A DNA stretch of 64,000 nt from Sphingobacteriales bacterium. GTDB taxonomy: Bacteria; Bacteroidota; Bacteroidia; Chitinophagales; Chitinophagaceae. The stretch is taken from assembly GCA_016200915.1 (NCBI GenBank), contig JACQDV010000007.1:15273-79272 (forward strand), written 5' to 3'. Shown piece by piece: positions 10,003-20,647 of this stretch. The stretch's first letter is position 1; each line of letters opens with the position of its first letter. Under the pieces are notes generated by a model. That model ran no database searches. It had not been told where the DNA came from and was given only the letters and a program-made list of their open reading frames with translations. A program made the translations under genes and the position numbers.

Positions 10003-11220
10003 ATGCCAGGTTTTGAATTATGGGGCGCCGAAGAACGCAAAGAAGTTAATGATGTACTGGAAACAGGAATTTTAATGCGCTATGGATTTGATGGTCCACG
10101 CAAAGGAATATGGAAAAGTAAAGAACTGGAAGAAGCTATTTGTAAAACATTTGGATGCAACTATGCTCAGTTAGTAAGCAGTGGTACAGCAGCTTTAACT
10201 ACGGCTATTAGTGCATTGGGCATAGGCGCAGGTGATGAAGTAATTATGCCTTCTTTCACTTTTGTTGCCAGTTTTGAAGCGGTGTTAAGTGTGGGTGCTA
10301 TTCCGGTAATGGTTGATATTGATGAATCATTAACGCTGAACCCTGAAGCAGTTCGTAAAGCCATTACTCCAAAAACAAAATGTGTTATGCCGGTACATAT
10401 GTGCGGCAGTATGGCTGATTTAGATGCATTGCAGGCAATATGCAAAGAGCATAATTTGATTTTATTAGAAGATGCCTGCCAGAGTATTGGCGCCAGCTAT
10501 AAAGGAAAAATGCTGGGATCAATTGGTGATGCAGGAACTTTTTCATTCGACTTTGTAAAGACAATGACCTGTGCAGAAGGTGGTGTAGTAATGACGAATA
10601 AAGAGGATGTTTACATAAAAAGCGATGGATACAGCGATCACGGACATGATCATAAAGGTGCAGATCGTGGTGCAGATCTTCATCCATTCATTGGATACAA
10701 TTTCCGCATTAGTGAATTACATGCAGCAATTGGTTTGGCTCAAATAAAAAAGCTGGATACTTTTCTCTCTATACAAAAGAAAAATCATGCACAGTTAAAA
10801 AGTATATTAAGCACTGTTCCGGAAATTTCATTTCGTGTTATTCCCGATCCTAATGGTGATAGCTGTACTTTCTTAAGCTGGTTTCTGCCAACTGAAGAGA
10901 TTACAAGAGCTGTGGTAGCTGACTTAAAAGAGCAGGGAATATTAGCGGGTAATTTTTACTGGTATGATAATAACTGGCATTATATCCGCAAATGGGATCA
11001 TTTAAAAAATTCTATTACATTAAATGCATTGCATCCTGACCTGAAACAGGCGGTAATCAGCAACACATCCAAAAACTTTGCAGCCAGTGATGCCATAATG
11101 AGTCGTTGCGTATCTACTGCAATAAGTTTATTGTGGACAGATGAACAGATCGCCGAAAAAGGAAATAAAATTGTAGCTACAGTTAAGAAAGTGCTGGCTA
11201 AACAAAAAGCAACAGTGTAA
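10003..11220 (+). CDS. DegT/DnrJ/EryC1/StrS family PLP-dependent aminotransferase
   Basis: SSGTAALTTAISALGIGAGDEVIMPSFTFVAS.. fold-type I AT; PLP-lysine region FDFVKTMTCAEGG. Confidence 0.85.
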   Translation: MPGFELWGAEERKEVNDVLETGILMRYGFDGPRKGIWKSKELEEAICKTFGCNYAQLVSSGTAALTTAISALGIGAGDEVIMPSFTFVASFEAVLSVGAIPVMVDIDESLTLNPEAVRKAITPKTKCVMPVHMCGSMADLDALQAICKEHNLILLEDACQSIGASYKGKMLGSIGDAGTFSFDFVKTMTCAEGGVVMTNKEDVYIKSDGYSDHGHDHKGADRGADLHPFIGYNFRISELHAAIGLAQIKKLDTFLSIQKKNHAQLKSILSTVPEISFRVIPDPNGDSCTFLSWFLPTEEITRAVVADLKEQGILAGNFYWYDNNWHYIRKWDHLKNSITLNALHPDLKQAVISNTSKNFAASDAIMSRCVSTAISLLWTDEQIAEKGNKIVATVKKVLAKQKATV

Positions 11221-11267
11221 AAGTCTTACAAATAATTATAAACTGAGCCATCATTAAAAGTGATGGC

Positions 11268-11615
11268 TTATTTTTTTCCTTCCAGTTTGTTCACATAATC
11301 AAGTGAACCTATACGGAACCTGAATGGAATCGTTGTAATCTTTTCCAGCTTTAATTCCTGTTTACAAAAGAAACCAAGATGACTGGCATAATAATCTGAG
11401 GGAAGCCCATTTACCCGCAAAGGGGCATAACATTGAGTATTTACAGGAATTTGTACTTTTTTTTCAGCTATAGGTTTATAAATAATGGGCATAGCTGTAA
11501 CTTTCTTCAAAACGCTATCGCCCAGTTTTAATGGAAAGCTTTGCTGGGCCTGCATTTTAAGGCAAACTGTTAAAAAAAGAAAAACAATTCCACAAAAATT
11601 GTTCCAAAACTTCAC
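11268..11615 (-). CDS. Hypothetical small secreted protein
   Basis: Signal peptide-like N-terminus; no motif. Confidence 0.35.
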   Translation of the reverse strand: MKFWNNFCGIVFLFLTVCLKMQAQQSFPLKLGDSVLKKVTAMPIIYKPIAEKKVQIPVNTQCYAPLRVNGLPSDYYASHLGFFCKQELKLEKITTIPFRFRIGSLDYVNKLEGKK

Positions 11616-11665
11616 TACCTGTATGTTTGTAGTGTAAATTTACAACGTTAAGTTGAAACAACAGC

Positions 11666-13156
11666 ATGGCATTAAGTCAAAGTTTACAACAAAAATTACT
11701 TCAGAAACTATCACCACAGCAGATTCAATTAATGAAATTGCTGCAGGTACCTACGGCCAATTTGGAAGAAAGGATCAAAGAAGAGTTGGAAGAAAATCCC
11801 GCCCTGGAGCAAAGTGAAGAAGACCATGACGATCATTATACCGAAGAAGTAAATGACGAATTTGACAGCAGCAATGAAGAAGAATACGATTTGGACGGAA
11901 GCGCAGATGAGTATGAAAATATTGATGTAAGTGAATATGTGCGGGAAAGCGACGATGATATTGCGGATTATAAATTAAGAGATGATAATTACCCTGATGA
12001 CGAGGAAAGAAAAACGATACCGGTGAGGGTGGAAACGAATTTGCATGATTCATTGGTGGAGCAGCTTGGCTTACTGAATTTAGATAGCCGAATGCTGCAA
12101 ATTGCAGAGCAGATTGTGGGCAGCATTGATGACGATGGTTATCTCCGCCGAGAGAATTCTGCTATAGTGGATGATCTGGCTTTTCGTCAAAATATTGAAA
12201 GTAATGAACAGGAAGTGGAAGAGATCATTCATTTGATACAGCAGTTTGATCCTCCGGGTGTGGCAGCAAGAGATCTGCAGGAATGTTTGTTATTGCAATT
12301 AGACCGTATGCGGGGTGAAGGAAAAAAAGTGGAGATAGCAATGTCGGTTTTGGAAAAGTACTTTGAAGAGTTCACCAAAAAGCATTACGAAAAAATTCAA
12401 CGTGGTCTTAATCTAAGTGATGAAGGACTGAGAGATGTAATCAACTATATTATCAAATTAAACCCTAAACCTGGTGGCAATGTTGGCGAATTGAATAAAA
12501 ATGAAAACTATGTAGTGCCCGATTTCTTTATTCATAATAATGCTGGTCGGTTAGAATTAACGCTTAACTCACGGAATGCTCCGGATTTACGCATCAGCGA
12601 AGGGTATAAAGAGATGCTGAAAGAGTATGATCGTGGTAGTAAAAAAGACAAACGGCAGAAAGAAGCGGTACTTTTCATCAAACAAAAAATCGATGCAGCT
12701 AAATGGTTTATTGATGCAATTAAACAAAGACAAAATACTTTACTCCATACCATGACGGCCATCATGGAACATCAACGGGAGTTTTTCTTAACCGGCGATG
12801 AAACTGTCTTGCGACCGATGATCTTAAAAGATATTGCAGAGAAAACCAACCTGGATATTTCCACGGTCAGCCGTGTGGCCAACAGTAAATTTGTACAAAC
12901 TGAATTTGGAACCTACCGGTTGAAGTTTTTCTTTAGTGAATCACTAAGCACCGAAAGCGGGGAAGAGGTATCAACAAGGGAGGTGAAAAAGATACTAAGC
13001 GATATGGTTGAAGGTGAAAGCAAAAAGAAACCGCTCAGTGACGAACGCCTCACTGAATTACTGCAGGAAAAAAGTTATAATATTGCCCGTCGTACAGTAG
13101 CAAAGTATCGTGAACAATTAAACATACCTGTTGCCAGGTTAAGAAAAGAACTATAA
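11666..13156 (+). CDS. rpoN: RNA polymerase sigma-54 factor
   Basis: N-terminal activator-interacting region (LSQSLQQKLLQKLSPQQIQLMKLLQ), acidic linker, C-terminal RpoN box ARRTVAKYRE. Confidence 0.95.
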   Translation: MALSQSLQQKLLQKLSPQQIQLMKLLQVPTANLEERIKEELEENPALEQSEEDHDDHYTEEVNDEFDSSNEEEYDLDGSADEYENIDVSEYVRESDDDIADYKLRDDNYPDDEERKTIPVRVETNLHDSLVEQLGLLNLDSRMLQIAEQIVGSIDDDGYLRRENSAIVDDLAFRQNIESNEQEVEEIIHLIQQFDPPGVAARDLQECLLLQLDRMRGEGKKVEIAMSVLEKYFEEFTKKHYEKIQRGLNLSDEGLRDVINYIIKLNPKPGGNVGELNKNENYVVPDFFIHNNAGRLELTLNSRNAPDLRISEGYKEMLKEYDRGSKKDKRQKEAVLFIKQKIDAAKWFIDAIKQRQNTLLHTMTAIMEHQREFFLTGDETVLRPMILKDIAEKTNLDISTVSRVANSKFVQTEFGTYRLKFFFSESLSTESGEEVSTREVKKILSDMVEGESKKKPLSDERLTELLQEKSYNIARRTVAKYREQLNIPVARLRKEL

Positions 13157-13157
13157 C

Positions 13158-13853
13158 ATGTCTGAATTACTACAAGTGAATGATAAAGGTGAGCTGCAGG
13201 AAGAAGCATTACCAGTCTTTTCTTTTCCATTATACCTGAGGATACCTGCAATTATTATTAGCTATCTTTTTCATCCATTGTTTTTAATTGGGTTAATGGG
13301 GTGGTATATAATTTTTCATCATCCTACCGCTTATCTTGGTTATGATGATCGCATAAGATTATGGCGTTTTTTGATTATTTGTGTGAATGGAATTTTTTTC
13401 CCTTTGGTTTCTGTGCTGCTGTTAAAAGCTGTTGGTTTTGTAAAATCCATTTTGCTGCCCACTCAAAGAGACCGGATTGTTCCCATTGTTATTACCAACA
13501 TCTTTTTCTTCTGGACATTTTTGATATTTAAGAACTTTGATGATTCTCCGGCTATTATGAAAGCAATGACATTAGGAGTGTTTTTAGCTTCCTCTTCCGC
13601 CATTCTTTTAAATATTTATCTAAAAATAAGTTTGCATGCAATTGGCGTGGGAGGCTTAGTTGGGCTGGCACTATTATCTCTCTATAAAGAACCTTCAGTT
13701 GTTTCTGCATTACCACTTACGGTTGCATTGTTGATAGCAGGCTTTGTTTGTACCTCAAGATTGATTGCTTCTAATCACCGCCCGGTTGAAATTTATCCTG
13801 GCTTTATTGCAGGATTGGTTTGCCAGTTTATTAGTTGGTGGATTATGGCATAA
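13158..13853 (+). CDS. Hypothetical integral membrane protein
   Basis: Six or more hydrophobic helices; immediately downstream of rpoN. Confidence 0.5.
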   Translation: MSELLQVNDKGELQEEALPVFSFPLYLRIPAIIISYLFHPLFLIGLMGWYIIFHHPTAYLGYDDRIRLWRFLIICVNGIFFPLVSVLLLKAVGFVKSILLPTQRDRIVPIVITNIFFFWTFLIFKNFDDSPAIMKAMTLGVFLASSSAILLNIYLKISLHAIGVGGLVGLALLSLYKEPSVVSALPLTVALLIAGFVCTSRLIASNHRPVEIYPGFIAGLVCQFISWWIMA

Positions 13854-13914
13854 AAAAAGTCCCGCCAATAAAAGCAGGACGATGAATAGTTGCTTACTGC
13901 TGAAATAAGCGATT

Positions 13915-14703
13915 TTAACTGTTTACCAGTCTTGATTTTTTTAAATATTGTTTGGTAGGATGATAGATGAATAAACAACTGCCATCCTTTATATAATCAA
14001 TTACTTTCTTAGTATCTTTTTCAGGAACAGCGGGACAACCAAGGCTTCTGCCTAAATGACCGGTTGAACGAATAAAAGATTCTTCAGCGTAATCTGAACC
14101 ATGCACCACAATATTTCTTGCATAAGCTTTATCATTAATGCCCGGTTCTTCACCTTTTAATTTTAACGCATAACCTTTTTCTCCCCAATAACTATTTAAT
14201 GTTCTGTAAAAACCCAGGCTGCTTTTATTTGATGATGGTTTATTGGAAAAAGAATTGGCATAAGTCATTCCTGAGCTACGTCCATGAGCCACTAATGTAT
14301 TCAATAAAATTTCCTGGTTGTTTAAATCAAGAATGTATAATCGCTTTTTATTGGAAGGCTTAGAAAAATCAACGATAGATAAAATTCCATCACGGGATAT
14401 TTCACTGATGCTTTTTAGTTTTTTATATCCTTTTAATGCTAATTGAAAAACATTTTTGGATAAACCGGCAGCAGCAAGATTCATCCCCTGGTATAAAGAA
14501 TCAACTTCCAGCGTAAACGTGGTACATACTTCATAAGTTTTTTCAGCAACACCATTCTTATGCTTGTCAGACAAAGAAGATTTGCCACTTGAAATGAATA
14601 CAGGAAACTGCAGTAAAAGGCAGAAGGTAATTAAAAATGCTGCCAGGAATCTGATGGAGATTTTTAACATAGGTACGGTCTTTTTTAGGATTCGGATTGA
14701 CAA
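13915..14703 (-). CDS. Murein L,D-transpeptidase catalytic-domain family protein
   Basis: Signal peptide; conserved ..VAHGRSSG..SFSNK..SLGFY..VVHGSDY..GHLGRSLGCPAVP (catalytic Cys). Confidence 0.7.
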   Translation of the reverse strand: MSIRILKKTVPMLKISIRFLAAFLITFCLLLQFPVFISSGKSSLSDKHKNGVAEKTYEVCTTFTLEVDSLYQGMNLAAAGLSKNVFQLALKGYKKLKSISEISRDGILSIVDFSKPSNKKRLYILDLNNQEILLNTLVAHGRSSGMTYANSFSNKPSSNKSSLGFYRTLNSYWGEKGYALKLKGEEPGINDKAYARNIVVHGSDYAEESFIRSTGHLGRSLGCPAVPEKDTKKVIDYIKDGSCLFIYHPTKQYLKKSRLVNS

Positions 14704-14848
14704 AATAAAAACTTTTTCAAAATCCGCATAATAAACGGGAAGAGAATTTCATTATTGTGTATAATTAATTTTTTGATCCTGAAAACCAGCGGTTAATGAA
14801 TTATTACATTGAATAATTACGGTACTTTGTGGTATTAAATGACTGCCT

Positions 14849-15298
14849 ATGCTACTTAAAAAAACTTGTTTTCCAATGCTTGTTATTATTTCTTTTTTGT
14901 TATCGGGTGTATCAGTATTTGCTCAGCAAAGTCCCACAGAAAAATTTTTACTGCAGTTGCATGAAAAAAAATTCCGGTGGATGACAGAAAAGAAACTGGA
15001 TTCTTTGCAAACCATATTAGATGAACGCCTGGTTTATATTCATTCAAACGGATGGATGGAGACTGGTAAGGAAGTGATAGATGATTTAAAAAATGGCAAA
15101 CTAACCATGAACAGCGTTAAAGTAAATGAGGCAACCGTAAGAGTATTTAAAAACAATACCGGTATCGTAAATGGTAAAGGAGTATTTAATGTGGTAGTAA
15201 ATGATAAACAGGTTGAGCTGAGTTTGTATTATACAGAAGTGTATATCAAAAAGAAAAATAACTGGATGCTGGTAAGCCGGCACGCCTGTAAATTATAG
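14849..15298 (+). CDS. Nuclear transport factor 2 family (DUF4440/SnoaL-like) protein, secreted
   Basis: Signal peptide plus ~130 aa NTF2-like pattern. Confidence 0.55.
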   Translation: MLLKKTCFPMLVIISFLLSGVSVFAQQSPTEKFLLQLHEKKFRWMTEKKLDSLQTILDERLVYIHSNGWMETGKEVIDDLKNGKLTMNSVKVNEATVRVFKNNTGIVNGKGVFNVVVNDKQVELSLYYTEVYIKKKNNWMLVSRHACKL

Positions 15299-15312
15299 GT
15301 CAAAAATATTTT

Positions 15313-16089
15313 ATGAATCTTGAAATAAGTAATCAGTTTTTTATTGTTGGTGGAGCAACAGCTGGTTTTGGTAAAGCAGTAGCTGAAGCTTTGTTAAATG
15401 AAGGAGCGAATATTATTGCCGTAGCAAGAACAGAAGAAAAATTACATGCTTTGCAAACAATGCATCCATATAAAGTGGAAATTATTGCAGGAGACATAAC
15501 GCAGAGTGAAACAATTAAGAAACTAATAACGATAATTGGTGGCAGACAAATTCATGGTGCATTAATTAACGCAGGTGGTCCACCAGCAATGACGGTAATG
15601 GAAACAAAACTGGAGGACTGGGATAATGCCTATAAAAATGTGGTGCGCTGGAAAATTGAATTGACACAAGCGTTGATTCCGGTAATGGTCAATAATAAAT
15701 ATGGAAGACTGTTATATATAGAAAGCGCTTCTGTAAAACAACCAATGGAAAATTTAGTGTTAAGTAATTCAATGAGACTGGCAGTAGTAGGATTTGTAAA
15801 AACACTCAGCCAGGAAATAGCATATGAAGGAATTACTTTAAATATATTGGCACCCGGATATCATGCAACATCAGCAATGGATCGTTTGTTTAAAAAGAAA
15901 AGTGAACAAACTGGAGTGAGCATTGATGATGCAATGCTCCAATACATCAATCAAACAAGAGTTGGCTTTTTGGGTGCGGCAGAAGATTTTGCTTCACTCG
16001 CTGTTTGGTTATTAAGTCCGCACAGTAAATATTTAACAGGACAAACTATCAGTGTAGATGGAGGCGTGATAAAAGGGACTATGGGTTAA
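15313..16089 (+). CDS. SDR family oxidoreductase
   Basis: Rossmann GGATAGFGKAVAE, catalytic YxxxK-like region; ~258 aa. Confidence 0.85.
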   Translation: MNLEISNQFFIVGGATAGFGKAVAEALLNEGANIIAVARTEEKLHALQTMHPYKVEIIAGDITQSETIKKLITIIGGRQIHGALINAGGPPAMTVMETKLEDWDNAYKNVVRWKIELTQALIPVMVNNKYGRLLYIESASVKQPMENLVLSNSMRLAVVGFVKTLSQEIAYEGITLNILAPGYHATSAMDRLFKKKSEQTGVSIDDAMLQYINQTRVGFLGAAEDFASLAVWLLSPHSKYLTGQTISVDGGVIKGTMG

Positions 16090-16235
16090 TCTTTTGGCAT
16101 CTGCACAATACTTTCAAACAGATAAATTAATGTAACTTCATCCTCTTGCAGGTGATAACACCTGTATGCTTAGCCAAACATTCTTTTGAATGTTTACTCT
16201 ACGATTGTTGCCGCAGTGTGTACTAAAATTTAATT

Positions 16236-18899
16236 ATGACAGCAGAACATCAGCGACTGGCGGTAAATGCAGGAAAAGAAATTCCATTAGCACAATGGGG
16301 ACCGTATTTAAGTGAGCGACAGTGGGGCACTGTGCGGGAAGATTATAGTGAATATGGTGATGCCTGGCATTATTTCCCTTTTGATCAATCGCACAGTCGT
16401 ACTTATTTGTGGGGAGAAGATGGATTAGCAGGTATCTCTGATCTTTTTCAAAACCTCTGCTTTGCTGTTGCGTTGTGGAATGGTAAAGATCCAATAATAA
16501 AAGAACGCTTATTTGGATTAGGTAACAGCCAGGGTAATCACGGTGAAGATGCAAAAGAACTTTATTATTACTTAGATAATATTCCAACACATTATTACAT
16601 GGAATATTTGTACAAGTATCCGCAATTAGAGTTTCCTTACGAATTATTAAAAAGGGAAAATAAAAAACGCACTAAAGACGAACCCGAATATGAATTGTTA
16701 GATACAGGAGTATTTGATAACAATCAATACTTTGATGTGCTGGTAACCTATGCCAAGCAGAATGCACAGGATATTTATATTAAAATTGATATTACCAATC
16801 GCTATACAAAAGCCTCAGAGGTCACCGTGTTACCAACTTTGTGGTTTTATAATCGATGGTCCCATGGGGGAATCGATAAAAAGCCTGTTATTAATTTAGT
16901 TGATAAAACTTCAGTGAAAGCTTCTCACCAGCGACTGGGTGATTATTATTTTTATTTTCAGTTACCCAATGAAAAATGGTTTACCGAAAATGAAACGAAT
17001 ACTGAAAAAATAAATAGCACTCCTAATAAAACTGTTTTTGTAAAAGATTTATTTAATGATGCTTTGATCACTGGTGAAAACACGGCAGCATTAAAGAAAC
17101 AAACAAGCGGAACCAAGTTTAGCCCTGTATATAAAATGAAGGTTAATGCAGGAGAAACTAAAACTATCTATTGCCGGCTGTGCAATAAATCTGTTGACAA
17201 TCCTTTTCTAAAAGGGTTTCAGAATATTTTCTCTGACAGAAAAAAAGAAGCAGATGATTATTATGCAGCTATTCTTCCCAAAGGAATGAGTGCGGAAATG
17301 GCAAGAATTCAGCGGCAAGCCATTGCCGGTTTGTTATGGAGTAAACAATATTATCATTTTGATGTGGAAAGATGGTTGTCTGCTACAGATGGAATAAGTG
17401 TGCCGCATGATCGTCGTATAAAAGGCCGCAATAATGACTGGAAGCATTTAAAAAATCAGGATGTCATTTCTATGCCGGATAAATGGGAATATCCCTGGTA
17501 TGCGGCATGGGACCTGGCTTTTCAATGCATCTCCATGGCGGTGGCTGATCCAACTTTTGCCAAACATCAGTTACAACTCATCATGCGGGAATGGTATATG
17601 AAACCCGATGGACAATTGCCTGCATACGAGTGGAATTTTAGCGATGTAAATCCGCCTGTACAGGCTTGGGCAGCATTACAGGTGTATTATATCGAGAAGA
17701 AACAAAAAGGGAAGGGTGATATAATTTTTCTGAAAAAAGTATTTCAAAAATTCCTGATCAATTTCACCTGGTGGATCAACCGTAAAGATGGAAATGGAAA
17801 TAATTTGTTTGAAGGTGGCTTCCTTGGGTTGGATAATATTGGAGTGTTTAATCGTAGTCATCATTTCTTTGAATCAATGCAGTTAGAGCAGGCAGATGGA
17901 ACGAGCTGGATGGGAATGTATGCATTGAACATGATGGATATGGCTTTGGAAGTAGCCAATGAAGATCCTGCCTTTGAAGATACGGCTACGAAATTTTTTG
18001 AACACTTTGTTTTAATTGCAGAATCATTAAACCAGCATGGATTATGGAATGATGAGGATAAATTCTTTTATGATATTCTTTGTATGCCCGATAAAGAGCC
18101 GCTGCATTTGCGCATACAATCTATTGTAGGGATCACTTCATTGTTTGCTGTTTCAACTATTTCCGATTCATTGATTGATAAACTCCAGGATTTTAAAAAA
18201 CGTATCAACTGGTTTGAAAACTACCGGAAAAAAACCGGTAAGTTCTGGCCAAATGAAGAGCACAGTAAAAGGGATGAAACATTATTATCGTTAGTGCCGA
18301 AAGAAAGAATTGTTTTTTTGCTGGAGAAACTATTGGATGAAAATGGTTTTTTATCTGATGGCGGTATCAGGGCATTATCAAAGTATCATGAAAAGCATCC
18401 GTACAGTGTTACTATCGACGGACACGAATATTACATTCAATACGATCCGGGAGATTCTACTTCTGATCTTTTTGGTGGTAATAGTAACTGGCGTGGGCCT
18501 GTGTGGATGCCGATCAACTATCTTATCATTCAGTCTATAAGAAAGTATGGCGAATTTTATGGTGATGATTTATTGGTTGAATATCCTGCCCGTTCTGGTA
18601 ATAAAATTAATCTTACTCAAGTAGCAGAAGAGTTAACAAAAAGGGTGATCAGTTTATTTGAAAGAGATGAAAAAGATGAACGAAGGATTTATGGTGAATA
18701 CAACTGGTTTTATAAACTGCCGGAAAACAAAAATCTTGTTTTGTTTTATGAATACTTTCATGGAGATAACGGAAAAGGATTAGGAGCCAGCCATCAAACA
18801 GGATGGACAGCTTTGGTAGCAGAACTGATCAGTTATTTTGGAAATAAAAACGGGCATCTCATATACGATGAGAAAGTGATCATTGAAGATGAAGAATAA
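16236..18899 (+). CDS. GH63-like (MGH1-type, six-hairpin) glycoside hydrolase / glucosidase
   Basis: 887 aa; WEYPWYAAWDLAFQ..EWNFSDVNPPVQAW (alpha/alpha)6-barrel signature. Confidence 0.65.
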   Translation: MTAEHQRLAVNAGKEIPLAQWGPYLSERQWGTVREDYSEYGDAWHYFPFDQSHSRTYLWGEDGLAGISDLFQNLCFAVALWNGKDPIIKERLFGLGNSQGNHGEDAKELYYYLDNIPTHYYMEYLYKYPQLEFPYELLKRENKKRTKDEPEYELLDTGVFDNNQYFDVLVTYAKQNAQDIYIKIDITNRYTKASEVTVLPTLWFYNRWSHGGIDKKPVINLVDKTSVKASHQRLGDYYFYFQLPNEKWFTENETNTEKINSTPNKTVFVKDLFNDALITGENTAALKKQTSGTKFSPVYKMKVNAGETKTIYCRLCNKSVDNPFLKGFQNIFSDRKKEADDYYAAILPKGMSAEMARIQRQAIAGLLWSKQYYHFDVERWLSATDGISVPHDRRIKGRNNDWKHLKNQDVISMPDKWEYPWYAAWDLAFQCISMAVADPTFAKHQLQLIMREWYMKPDGQLPAYEWNFSDVNPPVQAWAALQVYYIEKKQKGKGDIIFLKKVFQKFLINFTWWINRKDGNGNNLFEGGFLGLDNIGVFNRSHHFFESMQLEQADGTSWMGMYALNMMDMALEVANEDPAFEDTATKFFEHFVLIAESLNQHGLWNDEDKFFYDILCMPDKEPLHLRIQSIVGITSLFAVSTISDSLIDKLQDFKKRINWFENYRKKTGKFWPNEEHSKRDETLLSLVPKERIVFLLEKLLDENGFLSDGGIRALSKYHEKHPYSVTIDGHEYYIQYDPGDSTSDLFGGNSNWRGPVWMPINYLIIQSIRKYGEFYGDDLLVEYPARSGNKINLTQVAEELTKRVISLFERDEKDERRIYGEYNWFYKLPENKNLVLFYEYFHGDNGKGLGASHQTGWTALVAELISYFGNKNGHLIYDEKVIIEDEE

Positions 18900-18915
18900 A
18901 ATGGTTTAAGTAGTT

Positions 18916-19740
18916 TTGATAAGTATGAAAAAAATAAATCCGGTTTACTTAGCAATTGCTTTGTTACTTGTAATTATTATAGTGTACAGTTGTCATCGTG
19001 GCCCATACGCTGCTACCAACAAATCATACAAAAAGCAGGTTAAAGCATTTTCAAAGATTATTAGAAAGTATCCGCTTGAAGATTCTTCAGGAACTGCATT
19101 TATTGGTACAACTAACATGACGATGCGTAAACCCAATTTTGTGATTATTCATCATACCGCACAAAATAGTTGTGATCAAACATTTAAAACATTCACCCTA
19201 CCACGTACTGAAGTAAGTGCACACTATGTTATTTGCCGGGATGGAACGGTCTTTCATATGCTGAATGATTATTTAAGAGCACATCATGCCGGTGTGGCCA
19301 AGTGGGGAAATAATACAGATATTAATTCATCGAGCATAGGAATTGAATTAGATAATAACGGATTTGAAAACTTTAGTGATGCACAGATAAACAGCCTGGA
19401 AGAACTGTTAGGAAGATTAAAAAGAATGTACAATATTCCTGCTGCTAATTTTATTGGGCACGGCGATATTGCACCTACAAGAAAGAACGATCCCAACTGG
19501 CGATTCCCCTGGAAACAATTAAGTGAAAAAGGTTTTGGTATGTGGTGGAATGATACTACAAATATTACTGTGCCGGAATACTTTGATCATCTTTCTGCAT
19601 TAAGAATTGTTGGCTTTGATGTAAAAGACACGAACGCAGCTATCATTGGTTTCAAACGACACTGGTTACAGGACACCACAACAAAAATGACACCTGCATC
19701 AGATAAAATATTGTACCAGCTTTATAAAAAATATCAATAG
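18916..19740 (+). CDS. N-acetylmuramoyl-L-alanine amidase (Amidase_2/PGRP family)
   Basis: IIHHTA..H..GIELDNNG..IGHGDIAPTRKNDP zinc-amidase motifs. Confidence 0.85.
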   Translation: MISMKKINPVYLAIALLLVIIIVYSCHRGPYAATNKSYKKQVKAFSKIIRKYPLEDSSGTAFIGTTNMTMRKPNFVIIHHTAQNSCDQTFKTFTLPRTEVSAHYVICRDGTVFHMLNDYLRAHHAGVAKWGNNTDINSSSIGIELDNNGFENFSDAQINSLEELLGRLKRMYNIPAANFIGHGDIAPTRKNDPNWRFPWKQLSEKGFGMWWNDTTNITVPEYFDHLSALRIVGFDVKDTNAAIIGFKRHWLQDTTTKMTPASDKILYQLYKKYQ

Positions 19741-19741
19741 C

Positions 19742-20647
19742 ATGGAGTTTGGAAGAGTATCAGAGAGTGAATTGGATAAAGTTAATTTTAACCTGCCGCC
19801 AGAACCTGCAGAAAATAAATTGATATTGGGCGGGAAAAAGAAAGATGCAAAAGTTTATATCGGATGTGCTAAATGGGGGAGAACAGAATGGGTTGGTAAA
19901 ATTTATCCGCCTAAAACAAAGGAGAAAGATTTTTTAAATCATTATGTAGAGCATTATAATTGCATTGAATTCAATGCCACACATTATAAAATTTATGGAG
20001 CATCCGGCATTGCTAAATGGGCAGAGAAAGCAACCGGTAAAGATTTTTTGTTTTGTCCAAAGATGTACCAGGGTGTAACACATCGTGGCCCGCTGAAAGG
20101 CAAGGAGTTTATCAATACAGAATTTTTAAGAGGGGTAGCAGCATTCGGTGAACATTTGGGTCCCATCTTCGTACAGGTAAGTGATACTTTTTCTCCCAAG
20201 CGTAAGAATGAATTATTTGATTATTTAGGCACATTACCTAAAGACATGCAATTCTTTTTAGAAGTCCGTCACCCTGAATGGTTTTCTAATGAAACTATCA
20301 GCAAAGAATTATTTCAAACACTTACTTCTTTAAATATGGGAGCAGTAATTACCGATACTGCCGGAAGAAGAGATTGTGCACACATGCATCTAACCATACC
20401 TAAAGTATTCATTCGTTATGTGGGCAATAGTTTGCACCCAACGGATTTTATAAGAACAGATGCATGGATAGAAAGAATGAAGTTGTGGTTAGATAATGGA
20501 ATGGAAGAATTGTATTTCTTTATGCACATGCATGATGAAGCGTACTCGCCTGAATTAACAGTTTACTTAGTAGATAAAATGAATGCAGCCTGCGGATTGA
20601 ATTTGCAAATGCCAAAGTTTATTGAGCAGCAGCAATCTTTATTCTAA
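19742..20647 (+). CDS. DUF72 domain protein
   Basis: YIGCAKWGRTEW.. DUF72 N-terminal pattern; ~300 aa. Confidence 0.7.
   Translation: MEFGRVSESELDKVNFNLPPEPAENKLILGGKKKDAKVYIGCAKWGRTEWVGKIYPPKTKEKDFLNHYVEHYNCIEFNATHYKIYGASGIAKWAEKATGKDFLFCPKMYQGVTHRGPLKGKEFINTEFLRGVAAFGEHLGPIFVQVSDTFSPKRKNELFDYLGTLPKDMQFFLEVRHPEWFSNETISKELFQTLTSLNMGAVITDTAGRRDCAHMHLTIPKVFIRYVGNSLHPTDFIRTDAWIERMKLWLDNGMEELYFFMHMHDEAYSPELTVYLVDKMNAACGLNLQMPKFIEQQQSLF

Noticed and set aside
16234-16590. 118-aa minus-strand ORF
   Set aside because: Entirely antisense to the start of the 887-aa glycoside hydrolase gene; no motif.
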